Assembly: GCA_963756875.1 (NCBI GenBank)
Contig: CAVWPA010000003.1
Location: 512,001 to 576,000, forward strand
Source of the DNA: an uncultured Verrucomicrobiae bacterium
GTDB taxonomy: Bacteria; Verrucomicrobiota; Verrucomicrobiia; Chthoniobacterales; UBA10450
Length of the DNA stretch: 64,000 nt
Direction: 5' to 3'
Shown here: positions 18,902 through 29,007 of the stretch, one piece after another
Layout of the letters: the number at the start of each line of letters is the position of its first letter
Position numbering within the stretch: the first letter of the stretch is position 1
Notes under the pieces: generated by a model
Told to the model about the DNA's origin: nothing
Seen by the model: the letters and a program-made list of their open reading frames with translations, nothing else
The model's database searches: none
Program-made: the position numbers and the translations under genes

Positions 18902-21355
18902 CTATTCTTCCCAAAGAAAATGTTCCAGTCGAATATGATCGAGCCGTTGTTTTGCTTCCGCGCTCCGTGCGCCTCCGGCTGCAGCCAATTTCTGATAAAC
19001 TGTTACGGCCGATTGCCATTTCGCATCGTCTTCCAAGAGGCGACCAGCACTGAAACCCGCTTTATAAAACCAAAAGAGTTCGTGGGGGCGACTCGGAGGC
19101 CCTCCGTTCTCCAGAACTTTGTAGAACGCCGCCAACGCCGCCGGCCGCTCCGCCTCCTTTTCCAGGCACTCGCCCTTTTTGAAAAGCGCCTGATTGCGCC
19201 AGTGGGCCGCTCCGTCGCGATCAGCTGCGGCAAGTTGATCGTAAGATTCGATGGCGCGTTGATAGTTTTTGGGGTCGTTTACGCCCATCTCAAAAAAGAT
19301 GTCGCCTGTGCCGCAAAGTGCCTCGCGCTTTTCCGCCGGTCGCGCGTCTCCCTTCAAAACTTCGTCGTATAAGGCCAGAGCGTCCTGGGCCTTTCCCAGT
19401 TTACGCTCGATAACGGCCTGTTCATTTCGCGCGGCCCATTTGAGATCGCCATTCAGGTGAACAACGCGGTCGAAAAGAACGATCGCCTGCTCGAGCGAAT
19501 TGGCGCCCATGCTCGAAGCGGCGGATTTGGCTGCGAAGAAGAGGGCCTTCTCCGCAAGCACTCCTGTCGGATCCTGTTCGGCTAAAATCTCGAATTGAGT
19601 TTGCGCGTTTGCGAAATCCTGCCTGCGATAATAAGCCTCCGCCAGTTTCATCCGTACCGCCGGAACCAGGGCCGAAGTGCCGTGCTTGTGAAGAAAACGC
19701 TTGGCCAGTTCGATGACCTTGTCGCTACTGGCATCGGCCGCATCTTCAATCCAAATGGCGAGATAGTCGCCACGTTCTTCGGCTACCGGTGTTGGCTTGG
19801 ACGCGCGTGCCAGGTATTGACGGGCTTCGTCCAGTCGGGCCGGCGAGGCGTGAAACGCCAATTCGGCTAAAGCAACCCAGGCTTCCGATGCGCGTCTATT
19901 TTGAGGAAAGTCGCGCAGGAAATTTCGCAGCGAATCCGCCGCCTTTTGGTCGCCGTTTGCAGCCTGCAATAATCCTTCTTCCAGACGCAATTCAGCCTGC
20001 GATTCCTTGTCACCGCCTTTCTTTGCGAATTCCTGGTAGTCGGCGAGGAAATGGGTGTGATTTTCAAGCTGGAGCCAGCCCACGGACGCGTTGAACATCG
20101 ACATCGTCGCGAGCGGAGAAGAAGAATGAGCGATTTGCTCGAAACCGGCCGTCGCTGCGCCAAAGCGCCTGGCATGGTAGTCCGTTTCAGCGGCAAGCAG
20201 TTTGATTCGGTCGAGCACGGCGGATTCAGGCTTCAGGGCCTGCGCCTCGTTCAGGATTGCAAGCGCTTCATCAAAGCGCCGATCCTCGAGCTCGAGCCGC
20301 GCGAATTCGAGAAATGCCGGAGCCAGCGCAGCGGATTTAACGTCGCTGGCTCGTAAGGTGGTAAACGATCCAATCGCGCGTTCGCGATGCCCTGTCCGAA
20401 GCTCGTGGCGTGCGAGATACCATAGCGCAAATGCCTGCCTCGGCTGGGCCGGATCGTGCGTCCAGCGTTCCAATTCTCCGCGAGACGGTTTTCGCTCCGC
20501 GCGATAGAGCTCGTCCAATTTTGCAAAGACGCGCGCAAGGCCGGCATCGTGCGGATGATGTTCGATGAAATCCTCCAGCATGTCGTCGCCCCTCTCCGGC
20601 GTCTTTAATTGAAGATGCGCATCGGCAACGCCGAAGAGCGCAGCGAGCAGAATCGAGTGACTCGCGCCTCTGGGTTTGGTTAAGAGCGACTCGAAAAGCG
20701 GCACGGCGCGCCCGGGCCGGTGCAGAACCATTTCCAGGCGGCCACGCAGAAAGTGCCGTTCCTTCCTTTCAGCCAGGGACCCGGGCCTGATCTTATCGAG
20801 CAATCGGCGCGCGTTCGGGGCGTCGGACTTGTCGAGGTACAGTTCGACGGCGCGCAATCGGGCGCGCGTGTTCCATTGCCGATCGCGAAAGAGCGCGGAA
20901 AATCTTTGCAGCGCCTCGTCGTTTCGACCCAGGGCGCGCAACATTTCCCCCGCTCCGAAGATTGCAGCGGCGCGAAAGCCGGAACTTTCGTCGGCAAGCA
21001 GCTCTTCGTACAGCGGCAAAGCTTCGTTAGGCCGGCGCAGCATCACCAGCGCTTGTGCGCGCCAGAACTTTCCCGATGTCGTGTCGTGCAGGCGCGGATC
21101 CTGGAGCAGGTTGACGGCATTCGTTGGCTGGTGTGCCGCGATCAGTGCCTCGGCAAGTTTCTCGGCGACTGCGGCCCGCTCCTGGTCTGTCAGATTTTTG
21201 TTGAGCAAGTTTTGCAATCGCGTCACGGCCACTTCGGGGACCCCTTCTGCGAGAGGCTTCGCTGCTTGCGTCAACTCCGCCGAAGTCTGAGCACGCAGGA
21301 ATTGGGGCAGCAATGCGAGGAGTCCCGTAAGCCCGATGTATGCGATCCGCCTCAT
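18902..21355 (-). CDS. Large exported tetratricopeptide-repeat protein
   Basis: Signal peptide [22 protein letters not shown]; many TPR-like helical repeats; start overlaps uvrA stop. Confidence 0.8.
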   Translation of the reverse strand: MRRIAYIGLTGLLALLPQFLRAQTSAELTQAAKPLAEGVPEVAVTRLQNLLNKNLTDQERAAVAEKLAEALIAAHQPTNAVNLLQDPRLHDTTSGKFWRAQALVMLRRPNEALPLYEELLADESSGFRAAAIFGAGEMLRALGRNDEALQRFSALFRDRQWNTRARLRAVELYLDKSDAPNARRLLDKIRPGSLAERKERHFLRGRLEMVLHRPGRAVPLFESLLTKPRGASHSILLAALFGVADAHLQLKTPERGDDMLEDFIEHHPHDAGLARVFAKLDELYRAERKPSRGELERWTHDPAQPRQAFALWYLARHELRTGHRERAIGSFTTLRASDVKSAALAPAFLEFARLELEDRRFDEALAILNEAQALKPESAVLDRIKLLAAETDYHARRFGAATAGFEQIAHSSSPLATMSMFNASVGWLQLENHTHFLADYQEFAKKGGDKESQAELRLEEGLLQAANGDQKAADSLRNFLRDFPQNRRASEAWVALAELAFHASPARLDEARQYLARASKPTPVAEERGDYLAIWIEDAADASSDKVIELAKRFLHKHGTSALVPAVRMKLAEAYYRRQDFANAQTQFEILAEQDPTGVLAEKALFFAAKSAASSMGANSLEQAIVLFDRVVHLNGDLKWAARNEQAVIERKLGKAQDALALYDEVLKGDARPAEKREALCGTGDIFFEMGVNDPKNYQRAIESYDQLAAADRDGAAHWRNQALFKKGECLEKEAERPAALAAFYKVLENGGPPSRPHELFWFYKAGFSAGRLLEDDAKWQSAVTVYQKLAAAGGARSAEAKQRLDHIRLEHFLWEE

Positions 21356-24316
21356 TTTCTTTCCAGGAGCGGCTGTAGATACTTGCCAGTATGGCTTTCC
21401 GGAAGAGCGACAATCTCTTCCGGCGGCCCGGCGGCAATAACCATCCCGCCATGTTCGCCGCCTTCCGGACCGAGATCGACGATCCAGTCGGCGCATTTGA
21501 CCATCTCCAGGTTATGTTCGATCACGATGAGGGTATTCCCGGCGTCGCGTAATTTCATCAGCACCTGCAACAACTTCTCGATGTCGGCAAAATGCAGACC
21601 GGTGGTCGGCTCATCGAGAATGTAGATTGTCCGTCCTGTTGCCTTCTTCGCAAGTTCGGTTGCCAGTTTCACCCGTTGCGCTTCTCCCCCGGAAAGCGTC
21701 GTGCCGGCCTGGCCGAGTTGAAGATAACCAAGACCCACGTCGACCAGCGCATTTAATTTATCGGAGACGCTCGGCACGTTGCGGAAAAAACGGGCCGCCT
21801 CGTCAACCGTAAGATTGAGCACGTCGGCGATATTTTTTCCCTTGTAAGTAATCTCGAGCGTCTCGCGATTGTATCGCTGCCCGCGACAAACTTCGCATTG
21901 CACATAAACGTCCGGCAGAAAATGCATCTCGACTTTGATCAAGCCGCCGCCCCCGCAGTTCTCGCAGCGCCCGCCCTTTACATTGAAACTGAACCGGCCG
22001 GCATCGTAACCGCGCACGCGTGCAGCCGGAAGTTGGGCAAATAACTCGCGGATGGGTGCGAACGCGCCGGTGTACGTGACCGGATTGGAACGCGGCGTGC
22101 GTCCGATTGCGCTTTGATCGATCACGATCGCCTTGTCGATTTGTTCGACTCCGCGCAGCGCGCGATACGTGCCGGGTCTTTCCTTTGAATTGTAAAACCG
22201 GCGGAACAGCGCACGCCGCAAGATATCGTCGACGAGTGTGGACTTCCCGCTGCCGGAAACGCCGGTTACGCATGTGAAACAACCGAGCGGAAAAGCGACC
22301 TCGATGTCTTTCAAATTATTTTCCGATGCGCCTTCGATTACCAGCCAGCCTTCTTCGTTCTTCGTTTTTCGATTTCGGACCGAGCGCGGTTTGACGCGCA
22401 GTCTGGGAATCGGGATCCGGAGGCGTCCGGAGAGATAATCCGCGGTCAGCGAATTCTTCGCGTTCAAAATCTTTTCGAGTTTTCCCTGGGCCACGATTTC
22501 GCCGCCACGCGGTCCCGCGCCGGGGCCAAGATCGATGATATGGTCAGCGGCGCGGATTGTTTCTTCGTCGTGCTCGACCACAATGACGGAATTGCCAAGA
22601 TCGCGGAGACGCCGCAGGGTCCCGAGCAGGCGGGCGTTGTCGCGCTGATGCAACCCGATGCTCGGTTCGTCGAGAACGTAAAGCACGCCGGCGAGCCCGG
22701 ACCCGATCTGTGTGGCCAGGCGAATTCGTTGGGCTTCACCGCCGCTCAATGTGCCGCTTTCGCGATTGAGCGTGAGATAACCGAGGCCGACTTCGACCAG
22801 AAATTGCAGCCGCGATTGAATCTCGCGAAGGACGTCGGCAACGATCCGCTTTTGCTGCGCCGTTAGTTCGATGTGGTCGATGTAATGCGCCGCCGCTTCG
22901 ATCGTTTGTTCGCTGAACTGGTGAATGTTCAACTCGCGGCCGTGTCGATCCTTGATTGTGACGGCAAGAATCTCCGGCTTCAGCCGCGCGCCGCCGCAGG
23001 TTTTGCATGGCACCCGGGCCATGAAAGAGCGGATGCGATTGCGTGTGAACTCGCTACCGGTTTGCTCGTAGAGGCGTTGCATCTGCGGCACGAGGCCCTC
23101 AAACGGTTTGGCGAGTTTCTTTTCCCCCTCGCCGTCCAAATTCATTTCAATCGGATCGCCATTGGTGCCGAAATATAGCGCGTTCTTAAATGTATCGGGC
23201 AGGTCTGCAAACGGCACGTTGTCATCGATGTGAAAATGTTTCACCAGCGCGCCTTGCAAATGCCGGTAGTAAGCCTGCATTCGTTTCGTCCCTCGGCGCC
23301 ATGGCAAAACGGCGCCTTCGGCCAGACTCCGTTCCGGATCCGGAATCATTAGTTCCGGATCGCAAACCAGCTGCGTCCCAAGACCGTGACATGCCGGGCA
23401 GGCTCCAAAGTGACTGTTGAACGAAAAATGTTTCGGCGTGAGCTCGCCAAGAGTGAATCCGGTTTCCGCGTTGCCGTAATCGGTCGAATAACGCAGCTCC
23501 TCCCAACCTCCGACTGGTTTGGTGGAGTCTTGGAGCGATGGAGTATTGGCTTTTTCATTACTCCGTTTCTCCCTTACTCCATTACTCCGCTGCTCCCGCA
23601 GGTACAACGAGGCGGTTTCCTCCCCATTTCAGCGCGGTCTCTACGGAATCCGTCAAGCGAACGCGAACGCCGTCGCGCACAACGAGACGGTCCACCACCG
23701 CATCGATCGTGTGTCGCTCGTTCTTCTTCAGACGAATCGGTTCCGTGCGATCGAGTTCCACAAGTTGGCCGTCGAGACGCGCCCGGACAAATCCCTCCCG
23801 CCTGAGCTTTTCGATGACATCGCGGAATTCGCCGGTCTGATTTTGTACCAGCGGCGAGAGCAGAATAATTCTTGTTTCCGGCCCGTAGGCCAGGATTTGA
23901 TCGACAATTTGCTGCGGCGTTTGCCGATGAATGGCTTGGCCGGTGAGCGGATCGTGTGGCTGACCGATGGCCGAAAAAAGAACGCGCAGGTAATCGTAAA
24001 TTTCCGTGGTGGTCGCAATGGTCGACCGGGGATTTGCGCCGGCGCTGCGTTGCTCGATGGCGATGGCCGGGGAAAGCCCTTCGATAAAATCGACGTCGGG
24101 TTTTTCCATTCGGTCGAGGAACTGGCGGGCGTACGCCGAGAGGCTCTCCACGTAACGCCGTTGCCCTTCGGCGTATAGGGTATCGAAGGCGAGCGACGAT
24201 TTGCCGGAGCCGCTCAGGCCTGTGATCACGACCATCTTCTCACGCGGAACCTCCACGTGCAGATTTTTTAGATTGTGCTGGCGCGCACCACTGATCTTGA
24301 TAACTTCCGCAGGCAT
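21352..24316 (-). CDS. uvrA: Excinuclease ABC subunit A, split by one extra base at ~23601-23602
   Basis: [44 protein letters not shown] x2, [18 protein letters not shown]; ORFs 23582..24316 and 21352..23607 join on removing one base. Confidence 0.95.
23523..23596. repeat. 8-nt-period inverted repeat array inside uvrA
   Basis: TGGAGTCT-TGGAGCGA-TGGAGTAT-TGG ... ATTACTCC-GTTTCTCC-CTTACTCC-ATTACTCC-GCTGCTCC. Confidence 0.75.
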
Positions 24317-24385
24317 CTTGACGACGAGTGTCGAACCTGTAAGTCAAGCACAGCAGCCCGTTTTCTCCAGCGAAAATCCCCGATT

Positions 24386-24652
24386 ATGAGTGACGCCGCC
24401 CGTAGCATTTCGTCCGAAGAGCTGGTTCAGCTCCAGAAGAAGTTCAGCGAGATCAAACACTCAATTAATAATGCGCTGGCCGTGATGATGGCGCTTTCGG
24501 AAATGTCGCAGCGCCGCCCCGATTACGCCGAAAAGCTCGCCACTGCCGTGCTGAGCAAGGCGCCTCAGATCGTTTCCAGTCTGCAGGAGTTTACCAAAGT
24601 CTTGAACGAAAAGGCCGGGAGCCAGGGCGGCGCTTCCGGCGCGGCCACGTAG
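24386..24652 (+). CDS. Small stand-alone HisKA/DHp-like protein
   Basis: 88 aa, helical, [13 protein letters not shown] resembles kinase H-box (HxxNNxL); directly upstream of phoB. Confidence 0.6.
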   Translation: MSDAARSISSEELVQLQKKFSEIKHSINNALAVMMALSEMSQRRPDYAEKLATAVLSKAPQIVSSLQEFTKVLNEKAGSQGGASGAAT

Positions 24653-24678
24653 CCGGGTCAAGAAATGCGCTGCAACCC

Positions 24679-25371
24679 ATGGATGCGGCCGGTAAGACCA
24701 TATTGATCGTCGAAGACGAACACGACGTTGTCGATCTTCTCAGCCTTAATTTGCGCAACGCAGGCGGTTTCGTCGTTTCAACCGCCAGGGACGGCGCAGC
24801 CGGCCTTACCAAGGCCCGCGCGGAAAAGCCTGCGTTCATTATTTTAGACCTGATGCTGCCGAAAATGCCGGGCCTGGAAGTTTGCAAACTTCTCAAGAGC
24901 GATCCGGCAACGCGCCATATTCCGATCATGATGTTGACGGCGAAAGCGGAGGAGATCGATCGCATCGTTGGTCTGGAGTTCGGCGCTGATGACTATGTGA
25001 CCAAGCCATTCAGTCCGCGCGAGGTTGTCCTGCGGATTCGCGCCATCTTGCGGCGCGGCGATGGCAAGCCGGAAGACGAACGCCTCACTGCGGGTCCGAT
25101 TACAATCGATCCGGCGCGCCATGAAGTTTCCGTGGGAGGAAAACGCGTTGCTCTAACCAGCATCGAATTTAAGCTTCTGCGCACACTGATGCAGCGACGC
25201 GGACGTGTTCAGGCGCGCGATCGGTTACTGAACGAGGTTTGGGGTTACGAGAGCGTGATCGACACGCGGACCGTCGATACCCATGTCCGGCGTCTCCGCG
25301 AAAAGCTCGGCAAAGCAGGCGATACCATCGAAACCGTGCGCGGTTTCGGATATCGTTTGCGGGAAAAGTAA
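24679..25371 (+). CDS. phoB: OmpR/PhoB-family response regulator
   Basis: ILIVEDE, LDLMLP, LTAK, GADDYVTKPF, wHTH RTVDTHVRRLREKL...TVRGFGY; pst context. Confidence 0.88.
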   Translation: MDAAGKTILIVEDEHDVVDLLSLNLRNAGGFVVSTARDGAAGLTKARAEKPAFIILDLMLPKMPGLEVCKLLKSDPATRHIPIMMLTAKAEEIDRIVGLEFGADDYVTKPFSPREVVLRIRAILRRGDGKPEDERLTAGPITIDPARHEVSVGGKRVALTSIEFKLLRTLMQRRGRVQARDRLLNEVWGYESVIDTRTVDTHVRRLREKLGKAGDTIETVRGFGYRLREK

Positions 25372-25377
25372 GCGCGG

Positions 25378-26658
25378 ATGTCCTGGATTCTGCTCAGCGC
25401 CATTGTTGCAGTGACGATTGCATTCTCGCTGGTTGCCTGGCGGAAGTGGATCGCGCCCTGGCGGCAAATCGAACGACTTGTTAGGCAAGTCAGCAACCGT
25501 GAACGGCCGGGGACTTTTCTTGTCGACGGCGGCAGGCGACCACAGCGCGTGGGCCTGGCATTGGAAAATATTTTAAACCGCCAACTGGAACTCGATAGGC
25601 AGTTAGCCGAACGCGCCGCTGGCGTGGAAACCATCTTCGCCGCAATGCAGGATGGTTTGTTAGTGGTCGATGCGCGCCGGCAAATCACGCTGGTTAACCA
25701 GACGTTGCGGAGCCTTTTTGCGCCGCGCGAGTTCGCCCTGGGCGCGCCGCTGCTTGACGCGATGCGCGATGCAACCGTAGACCAAGCCATTGCCGAAGCG
25801 CTGCGCACGGGCGAGGCGAGGCATGCCGAGCTGACATTTTCCGACGGACAAGCCGGTCCCAGTCGCCATTTGCAGGTGAGCGCGGTGCCGATGAAAAGCG
25901 ATCAGGGCGAAATCAGCGGCGCAGTCGTTTTGTTCCATGACATCACGGGACTCAAGCGCGCGGACCAGATCCGGAGTGATTTTGTCGCCAACGTTTCACA
26001 CGAACTGCGTACTCCGCTGGCGATCCTGCGCGGGTACATCGAGACGTTGCTCGATAATCCGGAGACTTCGCCGGATGAGCGGACGCGTATTCTCGAAGTG
26101 ATGGAACGCCATTCCAAACGACTCGGGCTGCTTGTCGAGGACCTCCTTGCTCTTGCGCGCTTGGAGTCGCCCAATCCCAGTCTGCAATGGAGCGAGGTCG
26201 ATCTCTCGACGGTATTTGAAGAAGTCGTTCGCGACTGGGAAAAGAAATTCGCGGAGAAACAACTGAAGATAATTGTCAATATTAAGGCGGATGAACCAAA
26301 AATCTGCGCCGACGAAGCGCGCTTACACGAGATTCTGTATAATCTGTTCGATAACGCTGTGAAATACTCGCGACAAAACGGCGAGATTCGTCTTCAGGCA
26401 GAAAGGCGCGATGGTGAGATGGCGCTGACTGTAAGCGACAGCGGTGCGGGGATTGGCAAGGACGATTTGCCGCGCGTCTTTGAGCGATTTTATCGCGCGG
26501 ATAAGGCGCGGAGTCGCGAACTGGGTGGAACCGGCCTCGGATTGTCGATCGTGAAACATATCGCGCAACTGCATGGCGGACGCGTCGAAGCCGAAAGTGG
26601 CCTCGGACAAGGAACGACGATCCGCGTGATATTGCCGGTCGATTCGACGAAGGTTTAA
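25378..26658 (+). CDS. phoR: Phosphate regulon sensor histidine kinase
   Basis: TM, PAS, FVANVSHELRTPL, NLFDNAVKY, FERFYRADKARSRELGGTGLGLSIVKH. Confidence 0.9.
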   Translation: MSWILLSAIVAVTIAFSLVAWRKWIAPWRQIERLVRQVSNRERPGTFLVDGGRRPQRVGLALENILNRQLELDRQLAERAAGVETIFAAMQDGLLVVDARRQITLVNQTLRSLFAPREFALGAPLLDAMRDATVDQAIAEALRTGEARHAELTFSDGQAGPSRHLQVSAVPMKSDQGEISGAVVLFHDITGLKRADQIRSDFVANVSHELRTPLAILRGYIETLLDNPETSPDERTRILEVMERHSKRLGLLVEDLLALARLESPNPSLQWSEVDLSTVFEEVVRDWEKKFAEKQLKIIVNIKADEPKICADEARLHEILYNLFDNAVKYSRQNGEIRLQAERRDGEMALTVSDSGAGIGKDDLPRVFERFYRADKARSRELGGTGLGLSIVKHIAQLHGGRVEAESGLGQGTTIRVILPVDSTKV

Positions 26659-26767
26659 CCGCGTAATTTTTCGCGGTGAAACGTCGCCACGACTCGAGGA
26701 ACAAGAGCTTTATCTGGCTGAAGTATCCCGGCAAATCCCGAAAGGATTACTCCAGGAGCGCTCGTTA

Positions 26768-26794
26768 GGCTTGACTGCTTAAAGCAGTCAAGCC
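26768..26794. repeat. Perfect inverted repeat in phoR-pstS intergenic region
   Basis: GGCTTGACTGCT-TAA-AGCAGTCAAGCC. Confidence 0.7.
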
Positions 26795-26911
26795 GAGTAT
26801 GCAGTCTCGAGCAGATGCGTAGGGGAAGGTTGGCGCAGACCCGTAAAACTGGCTCGTTTCCCAATCCACCGAACCGCGTGTAGTCCACTTCGCGAGCTTC
26901 ACCAGCGCTGG

Positions 26912-26931
26912 TCGTCACACAAACGTAACAT
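26912..26931 (+). promoter_or_regulatory. Pho box upstream of pstS
   Basis: TCGTCAC-ACAA-ACGTAAC: 11-bp-spaced direct repeats matching CTGTCAT-N4-CTGT(C/A)A(C/T). Confidence 0.75.
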
Positions 26932-26978
26932 TAAAAATTTTGACGCTTCCGAGCCGACTGCGGCAGGCTCGAAGTCAT

Positions 26979-27998
26979 ATGAAATCTCTCACATTCGGCC
27001 GCAAAATTTTAGCGAGCATGCTGCTTGTCGGAATCAGCGCGACAGCCTCAGCGCAGATGACGATCAACGGCGCTGGCGCCACGTTTCCTTACCCGATCTA
27101 CTCCAAGTGGTTCGACGAATACGCCAAAGTGGATCCCTCCGTCCGGTTCAATTATCAGTCAATCGGCTCTGGCGGTGGCCAGAAGCAGATCCTCGCTCAG
27201 ACTGTCGATTTTGGAGCGTCCGACGGGCCGATGAGCGATGCGAACCTGGCGAAAGCTCCCGGAAAGTTACTGCACATCCCGACGGTCGCCGGGGCGGTCG
27301 TTATAACTTCCAATTTGCCGGGGAATCCGACTTTGAAACTGGATGGAGAAACCATCGCCGATATCTTTCTTGGGAAGATCAAGAAATGGAACGATCCAGG
27401 ATTGACCGCACTGAATCCGGGCGTCAGTCTGCCCGATCAGGCAATCGTGGTTGTACATCGTTCGGATGGCAGCGGAACGACCTTCATTTTCACAGATTAT
27501 CTGAGCAAAGTGAGCCCGGAGTGGAAACAGAAGGTTGGCAACAACACCTCGGTAAATTGGCCGACCGGTCTGGGCGGTAAGGGCAACGAAGGTGTATCGG
27601 GTCAAGTGAAACAGACACCGGGTTCAATCGGCTATGTGGAATTGATTTACGCAATCCAAAACAAAATGCCCTACGCGGATTTGAAAAATGCCGCCGGGGA
27701 ATACGTTAAAGCGAGCCTGGAATCGGTGACGGCAGCCATGGCTACGGCGAACGTTCCGGACGATTTCCGCTTTTCCATGACGAATGCGCCCGGGAAGGAC
27801 GCGTATCCGATCGCCGGCGCCACCTGGCTGCTCGTTTATCAGAACCAGAAGGATGCGACAAAAGGGAAAAAACTGGTGGAGTTTTTGAGATGGGCGGAAA
27901 CCAAAGGCGAACAAATGGCCAAGGATCTCGATTACGCCCCGCTGCCTGAGAATCTTCAGGAGCGCGTGTTGAAACGCATTTCGGAAATCAAATATTGA
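26979..27998 (+). CDS. pstS: Phosphate ABC transporter substrate-binding protein
   Basis: GAGATFPYP, YQSIGSGGG, DFGASD, HRSDGSGTT, GKGNEGV. Confidence 0.97.
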   Translation: MKSLTFGRKILASMLLVGISATASAQMTINGAGATFPYPIYSKWFDEYAKVDPSVRFNYQSIGSGGGQKQILAQTVDFGASDGPMSDANLAKAPGKLLHIPTVAGAVVITSNLPGNPTLKLDGETIADIFLGKIKKWNDPGLTALNPGVSLPDQAIVVVHRSDGSGTTFIFTDYLSKVSPEWKQKVGNNTSVNWPTGLGGKGNEGVSGQVKQTPGSIGYVELIYAIQNKMPYADLKNAAGEYVKASLESVTAAMATANVPDDFRFSMTNAPGKDAYPIAGATWLLVYQNQKDATKGKKLVEFLRWAETKGEQMAKDLDYAPLPENLQERVLKRISEIKY

Positions 27999-28029
27999 GT
28001 CCTGGGCCGCTACCGGCCCTTTACCCGTT

Positions 28030-29007
28030 ATGGAAGTAGTCGTCAGCCCGGTCCTTCCCAGGCCGCGCGAGCAGATGGCGCCGCCGTCGCGTCTGGGCGA
28101 CAAAGCCTTTGAATGGCTGACGATGGCCATGGCGCTGGCCGTGGTTGTCCTTGTTTTTCTCGTCGGGTGGCAGCTTGCGCGCGGCTCCTCGCTCGCCATC
28201 CGGCGTTTTGGGTTTCATTTTCTGGTTACCTCGACGTGGAATCCGGTGACCGAGCAATTCGGCGCTCTTCCCTTCATCTATGGGACGGTCGTTTCATCGC
28301 TCATCGCACTAATTATTGCGGTGCCCTTGAGCATCGCCACGGCCATTTATCTGACCGAGCTTGCTCCGCTATGGCTTCGCCAGCCGCTCGTTTCCTTGAT
28401 CGAGATGCTGGCTGCGATCCCCAGCGTCATTCTCGGATTGTGGGGAATTTTTGTAATGATTCCGTGGCTGCGTGATTATCCGTTTCCGTTCCTGAAGGAT
28501 TCGTTCGGCTGGACCCCCTTTTTCCGCGGGCCGATTTACGGGGTCAGTATGCTGGCGGGCGGAATCATCATTGCGATCATGATTTTGCCGATCATTACGT
28601 CGGTCTCGCGGGAGATTTTGAGGAGTGTGCCGAATTTGCAGCGCGAAGCCGCCTATGCGCTCGGCGCAACGCGCTGGGAGGTGACACGCATCGCGGTTCT
28701 CAGCTACGCCAAGAAGGGATTGTTTGGCGCTGTGATTCTCGGCCTTGGCCGTGCCCTCGGGGAAACAATGGCCGTAACGATGGTCATTGGAAACACGCCG
28801 CAAATTTCCGCTTCCCTGTTTGCTCCCGGCTATACTCTAGCCAGCGTGATTGCGAACGAGTTCACGGAAGCGACCACCGACATGTATTTGCAGGCATTGT
28901 TTGAGATCGGGCTGGTTCTCTTTGGAATTACCGTGCTGGCGAACCTCCTTGCGCAACTGCTTTTGAAAACAATGGGGACGAAAATAACGGGGCGCGCAGT
29001 GCAATGA
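28030..29007 (+). CDS. pstC: Phosphate ABC transporter permease
   Basis: LAAIPSVILGLWG, REAAYALGATRWE, GRALGETMAV. Confidence 0.96.
   Translation: MEVVVSPVLPRPREQMAPPSRLGDKAFEWLTMAMALAVVVLVFLVGWQLARGSSLAIRRFGFHFLVTSTWNPVTEQFGALPFIYGTVVSSLIALIIAVPLSIATAIYLTELAPLWLRQPLVSLIEMLAAIPSVILGLWGIFVMIPWLRDYPFPFLKDSFGWTPFFRGPIYGVSMLAGGIIIAIMILPIITSVSREILRSVPNLQREAAYALGATRWEVTRIAVLSYAKKGLFGAVILGLGRALGETMAVTMVIGNTPQISASLFAPGYTLASVIANEFTEATTDMYLQALFEIGLVLFGITVLANLLAQLLLKTMGTKITGRAVQ

Noticed and set aside
21352..24316. uvrA as two genuine genes or a decayed pseudogene
   Set aside because: The halves join by removing one base and all motifs are intact; a single frameshift, probably an error, is the simpler reading.
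26653..26770. Possible integron attC site (GTTTAAC ... GTTAGGC)
   Set aside because: Core sites are poorly complementary, there is no convincing internal L-box pairing, and no integrase or cassette array is nearby.
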